Below are positions 34,626 to 37,150 of a DNA stretch of 37,150 nucleotides, piece after piece. Position 1 is the stretch's first letter. Each line of letters opens with the position of its first letter. The stretch comes from an uncultured Candidatus Saccharibacteria bacterium. Its GTDB lineage: Bacteria; Patescibacteriota; Minisyncoccia; Phycocordibacterales; UBA2100. The position numbers were made by a program, and so were the translations under genes. Under the pieces are notes generated by a model that worked only from the letters and a program-made list of their open reading frames with translations, ran no database searches and was not told where the DNA came from. The stretch lies in the NCBI GenBank assembly GCA_964604085.1, contig CAZRXN010000002.1, forward strand, positions 5,508 through 42,657. The letters are read 5' to 3'.

Positions 34626-34940
34626 CTAACGGTCGAGATAGACGGTCGAGCCAATAATTCGACTCACGGTGTAGCGCACACCTTTAATGATCGTGCACCA
34701 CTCCCAGCTGGGGCGGATGTCCGCCATTCCGCAGCGGTACCCTCCTTGATTGGAAGTGAGGGTAATCTTTCCGGTCTGCCAACACCGGTGGCCTGGACAT
34801 TGAGAAGCTTTTCCCAATGTAATCCAGGCTCCCGGGTAGACGAACCCAGTCCCGCGTATGCAGTACGTGCCCGCAAACGCCTGAGAGGAAGCTGCAAAGA
34901 CCATCGCAGCAACCAGAACCCCCAGAGAAAACTTTTTCAT
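34626..34940 (-). CDS. Small secreted Cys-rich protein (signal peptide, 5 Cys in the mature part)
   Basis: 104 aa. MKKFSLGVLVAAMVFAASSQAFA/GTYC. Strong SD GGAGGAGGAG directly upstream. No family recognised. Confidence 0.65.
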   Translation of the reverse strand: MKKFSLGVLVAAMVFAASSQAFAGTYCIRGTGFVYPGAWITLGKASQCPGHRCWQTGKITLTSNQGGYRCGMADIRPSWEWCTIIKGVRYTVSRIIGSTVYLDR

Positions 34941-35055
34941 CTCCTCCTCCGTTAATAAAGCACGCAGTTAGCGTGCTATCTATCTAAAAGGTTACATCAT
35001 TTTTACCTATCTGTCAAGCATTTTCTCATGAATCCATGAAGGCCTCATGAGCACG

Positions 35056-35081
35056 AAAAAACGGCCTTTCGGCCGTTTTTT
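35056..35081. terminator. Bidirectional rho-independent terminator
   Basis: AAAAAACGGCC (35056..35066) / GGCCGTTTTTT (35071..35081), loop TTTC. Lies downstream of the 654-aa gene stop (35114). Confidence 0.75.
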
Positions 35082-35113
35082 CGTTCACTTGGAGTCGCAC
35101 CCGTCCTCATTTA

Positions 35114-37078
35114 TTAATTTCGCTTAATGACAATGCGCGGCATTCCCCCGTCTTCCGGTTGTATGAATGACATACGATCGGAAGAGCTTTCGCTCGCGAC
35201 TGGCTGCACAGGCAGCACGGCAGGGCGCACTTCCCTTTCCATCTGCTCGCTCGCGCTCGGCTGCGTTCCGCCCGTGCGGCGCACGCTTGACGCGAGTCCC
35301 GTGGCAAAGGCGACCATGCCTCCCTTCCAGTAGATGAGAAGGTACGCGGCTGCCGCCGAGATCGAAAGGAGCGAGAGCCAGTACAGAGCGTTTCCAATCG
35401 GCCCGAAGTCGAATCCCGTGTACGGAATCTGCGTGAGCGAGATGCTTCCCGAGACGGTTACGTAGGTCTGGCAGGTGGACGTGTGGCCCTGGTAGTCCTG
35501 CACGGTCAGCGTATAGGTGCGGGACGTATTAGGGCGGACGCCGAGCGAGCCGTTCGCGGAAACGGAGCCGAGCCCGTCAGAGAGGTACGCAGAGTTTGCA
35601 CCTACGGAGGTCCAAGAGAGGTACGACGTCTCGCCATCGCGGATCGACGCGGGACTTGCGGAGATCGTGCAGGAAACCGGCTGCTGATTAACTACCGTCT
35701 GGCAGTTCGCGCTCTGTCCGTTGTACCCGTACACAGTCATCGAGTAGACGGTGCCGCTCGACGGGTATACGGTGCGCGACCCACTCGTGGAGACCGAGCC
35801 GATATTCGGCGAGATCGTAGCGGAGGTCGCATTGGTCGAGCCCCAGGAGAGCGTGGACTGATTGTTGTACGAAGAGTAAGGCGAGAGCGTGATCCAGCAG
35901 CTCGGCGCGCCCTGATTACTGGTGTAGACGGTGGCCTGGCAGTTCGCACTCTGGCCATTGTATCCGTACACGGTAAGCGTGTAGGTCATGGTGCCGTTCG
36001 GATACACCGTCCGGGAGCCATTGGTAGAGACGGAGCCGATATTGGAGAGCGAAGCGGAAGACGCATTGGAGCTATTCCACGTGAGCGTTACTGGAGAGCC
36101 CGAGTTCAGATTCGTCGTAGACGCGTAGATGGTGCACGAAGGCGCCTGCTGGCTCACATAGACGGTCGTCTGGCAGTTCGAGGTGCCGCCCTGGCCGTAG
36201 ACGGTGAGGACGTAGGTCGTCGTCTGGCTCGGGTATACCGACTGGGAACCGTTCGTAGAAACGGAGCCGACATTGGAGAGCGACGCCGAGGTGGCGTAGT
36301 TCGAGTGCCACACCAGCGAGACCGACTGTGCGGAGGTGATGCTGCCCGGGGTGGCGGTGATGCTGCAGCTCGGCTGATTGAACGTGTACTGGACCGGATG
36401 ATAATTCGAGGTCGTGATCGGCGTTACGTTCGCCACGGTGATCGGCTGCGCGATTGAAATCGGAGCCGAAATCGCTATCGGCGTCGAGTAGCTCGTGTAG
36501 GAGTACGTCGGCACGTACGCGTCGTAGACGTCATATACATCGTAGGCGCTGCCATAGACATCATACACGTCGTATACATCGTACGGGTCTACGGCATTAT
36601 TATATCCGTAATCATACAGTGGATCGTTGTAGTCGAAATTGTACGCTGGATCGTTGTAGTCGAATGGGAATGTGGCGTCGTTGTAGTCGAAGTCAAACGT
36701 GGAATCGTTATAGGCGACGTCGAACGCAGAGTCGTTGTACTCGTAATATGAGGAGTAATCGTTAAAGGTTGGATCGTAGGAGAAATCGTTATAGTCGTAC
36801 CACAAGGAGGAATCATTGTAGTCAAAACTATATAGAGTATCGTTGTAACCCCAATCGTACTCCGGCTCGTTATAGGAGTACGAGAAGTCGAAGTCATTGA
36901 ATCCGGGATCATAGGAGAAATCGTTATAGCCCAGATCGAAAGCAGCGTCGTTGTAACCAAAATCGTATTCGCAGCAATCGAACTGCGCGAACGTCTGTTG
37001 CGGGATGGAAGTTACTCCGACGAATACTGCACAAATCAGTATCCCGGAGAGGAGAAAACGCTGGATGGCTGAACTCAT
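35114..37078 (-). CDS. Large surface protein: signal peptide, YND nonapeptide-repeat region, DVY repeats, four Cys-bracketed repeats, PYTG C-terminal module
   Basis: 654 aa. Signal MSSAIQRFLLSGILICAVFVGVTSIPQQTFA/QFDCC. C-terminus LTQIPYTGFDFGPIGNALYW + TM + about 70-aa tail ending DGGMPRIVIKRN. Confidence 0.8.
   Translation of the reverse strand: MSSAIQRFLLSGILICAVFVGVTSIPQQTFAQFDCCEYDFGYNDAAFDLGYNDFSYDPGFNDFDFSYSYNEPEYDWGYNDTLYSFDYNDSSLWYDYNDFSYDPTFNDYSSYYEYNDSAFDVAYNDSTFDFDYNDATFPFDYNDPAYNFDYNDPLYDYGYNNAVDPYDVYDVYDVYGSAYDVYDVYDAYVPTYSYTSYSTPIAISAPISIAQPITVANVTPITTSNYHPVQYTFNQPSCSITATPGSITSAQSVSLVWHSNYATSASLSNVGSVSTNGSQSVYPSQTTTYVLTVYGQGGTSNCQTTVYVSQQAPSCTIYASTTNLNSGSPVTLTWNSSNASSASLSNIGSVSTNGSRTVYPNGTMTYTLTVYGYNGQSANCQATVYTSNQGAPSCWITLSPYSSYNNQSTLSWGSTNATSATISPNIGSVSTSGSRTVYPSSGTVYSMTVYGYNGQSANCQTVVNQQPVSCTISASPASIRDGETSYLSWTSVGANSAYLSDGLGSVSANGSLGVRPNTSRTYTLTVQDYQGHTSTCQTYVTVSGSISLTQIPYTGFDFGPIGNALYWLSLLSISAAAAYLLIYWKGGMVAFATGLASSVRRTGGTQPSASEQMEREVRPAVLPVQPVASESSSDRMSFIQPEDGGMPRIVIKRN
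35447..36373 (-). repeat. Four tandem coding repeats of the same ~80-aa Cys-bracketed unit
   Basis: Units start at PSCSITA, PSCTIYA, PSCWITL and VSCTISA. Same W-x-S-x-NA-x-SA / IGSV / TYTLTV / C pattern as in 32841..34286. Confidence 0.85.
36515..36982 (-). repeat. 14 x nonapeptide [YF]N[DE]-x-x-[FY]-x-x-x coding repeat (27-nt period), followed by (DVY)n
   Basis: aa 33-188: FDCCEYDFG YNDAAFDLG YNDFSYDPG FNDFDFSYS YNEPEYDWG YNDTLYSFD YNDSSLWYD YNDFSYDPT FNDYSSYYE YNDSAFDVA YNDSTFDFD YNDATFPFD YNDPAYNFD YNDPLYDYG YNN, then DPYDVYDVYDVYGSAYDVYDVYDAY. On the plus strand this shows as RTCRTTRTA recurring every 27 nt. Confidence 0.9.
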
Positions 37079-37109
37079 AGGTAATAGCGCTTATTTCTTA
37101 ATGAATGGC

Positions 37110-37138
37110 ATTATATCTTCAAACCAAATAGATGTCAA
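37110..37138 (-). promoter_or_regulatory. Perfect consensus sigma-70 promoter TTGACA-17 nt-TATAAT
   Basis: Minus strand: TTGACA (37133..37138), 17-nt spacer, TATAAT (37110..37115), 31 nt upstream of ATG 37078. No obvious SD in the leader. Confidence 0.6.
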
Positions 37139-37150
37139 GGTAGCGACAAG

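Noticed and set aside
33411-36457. Arg/Gly-rich plus-strand ORFs 33411..34109 (232 aa) and 35483..36457 (324 aa)
   Set aside because: They are antisense to the repeat regions of the two large surface-protein genes. Their own repeats simply mirror the sense-strand repeats. The minus-strand frames carry the signal peptides, promoters and terminators.
1-37150. Search for tRNA, rRNA, CRISPR arrays, transposases, integrases, prophage or toxin-antitoxin modules
   Set aside because: No spacer is long enough or shows tRNA-like T-arm/acceptor features. There are no direct-repeat/spacer arrays and no recombinase-like ORFs. The only tandem DNA repeats are the 12-mers at 24251 and the coding repeats in the surface-protein genes.

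Overview
Visibly GC-rich, tightly packed bacterial chromosomal window with AT-rich intergenic islands. It holds about 30 protein genes. I found no rRNA, tRNA, CRISPR array, transposase or integrase. Most of the content is information-processing housekeeping: hisS, a DEDDy exonuclease, uppP, a DsbA-like oxidoreductase, a UvrD-type helicase fused to a Cas4/AddB-like Fe-S nuclease, dnaG-rpoD, rpoB-rpoC, rpsP-khpA-trmD, a YbjQ-family protein, a short SMC, rnc, a NusB-Nudix fusion, rpmF, rnhB, dnaE and thrS. From about 26.9 kb down to 12.9 kb every gene is on the minus strand, and the minus run continues to 8986 through dnaG-rpoD apart from one plus-strand regulator gene at 12197..12841. The gene order resembles the known rpmF ... 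rnc-smc ... rpsP-khpA-trmD backbone, but the fatty-acid (plsX/fab/acpP), SRP (ftsY/ffh), rimM and rplS slots are empty. Several proteins are domain-minimised: ThrRS lacks TGS, DnaE ends at the OB fold, and the 724-aa SMC has no recognisable hinge. Together this suggests a reduced genome, possibly CPR/Patescibacteria-like (inference only). Two accessory-looking patches stand out. (i) 6.6-8.9 kb has a consensus promoter, a 35-codon hydrophobic sORF, two convergent Cys/His-motif proteins, a VIT1/CCC1-like transporter and a small secreted protein. (ii) 31.9-37.1 kb has three paralogous surface proteins built from Cys-bracketed ~80-aa repeats, with a shared [LIV]PYTG[FL]D[FL]GPIG + TM + tail C-terminal module. 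One of them carries a 14-copy nonapeptide YND aromatic/acidic repeat. A recurrent extended -10 element (TGnTAYACT-like) lies 6-7 nt upstream of several start codons, implying many leaderless transcripts. No database search was possible, so all family calls rest on motif recognition.
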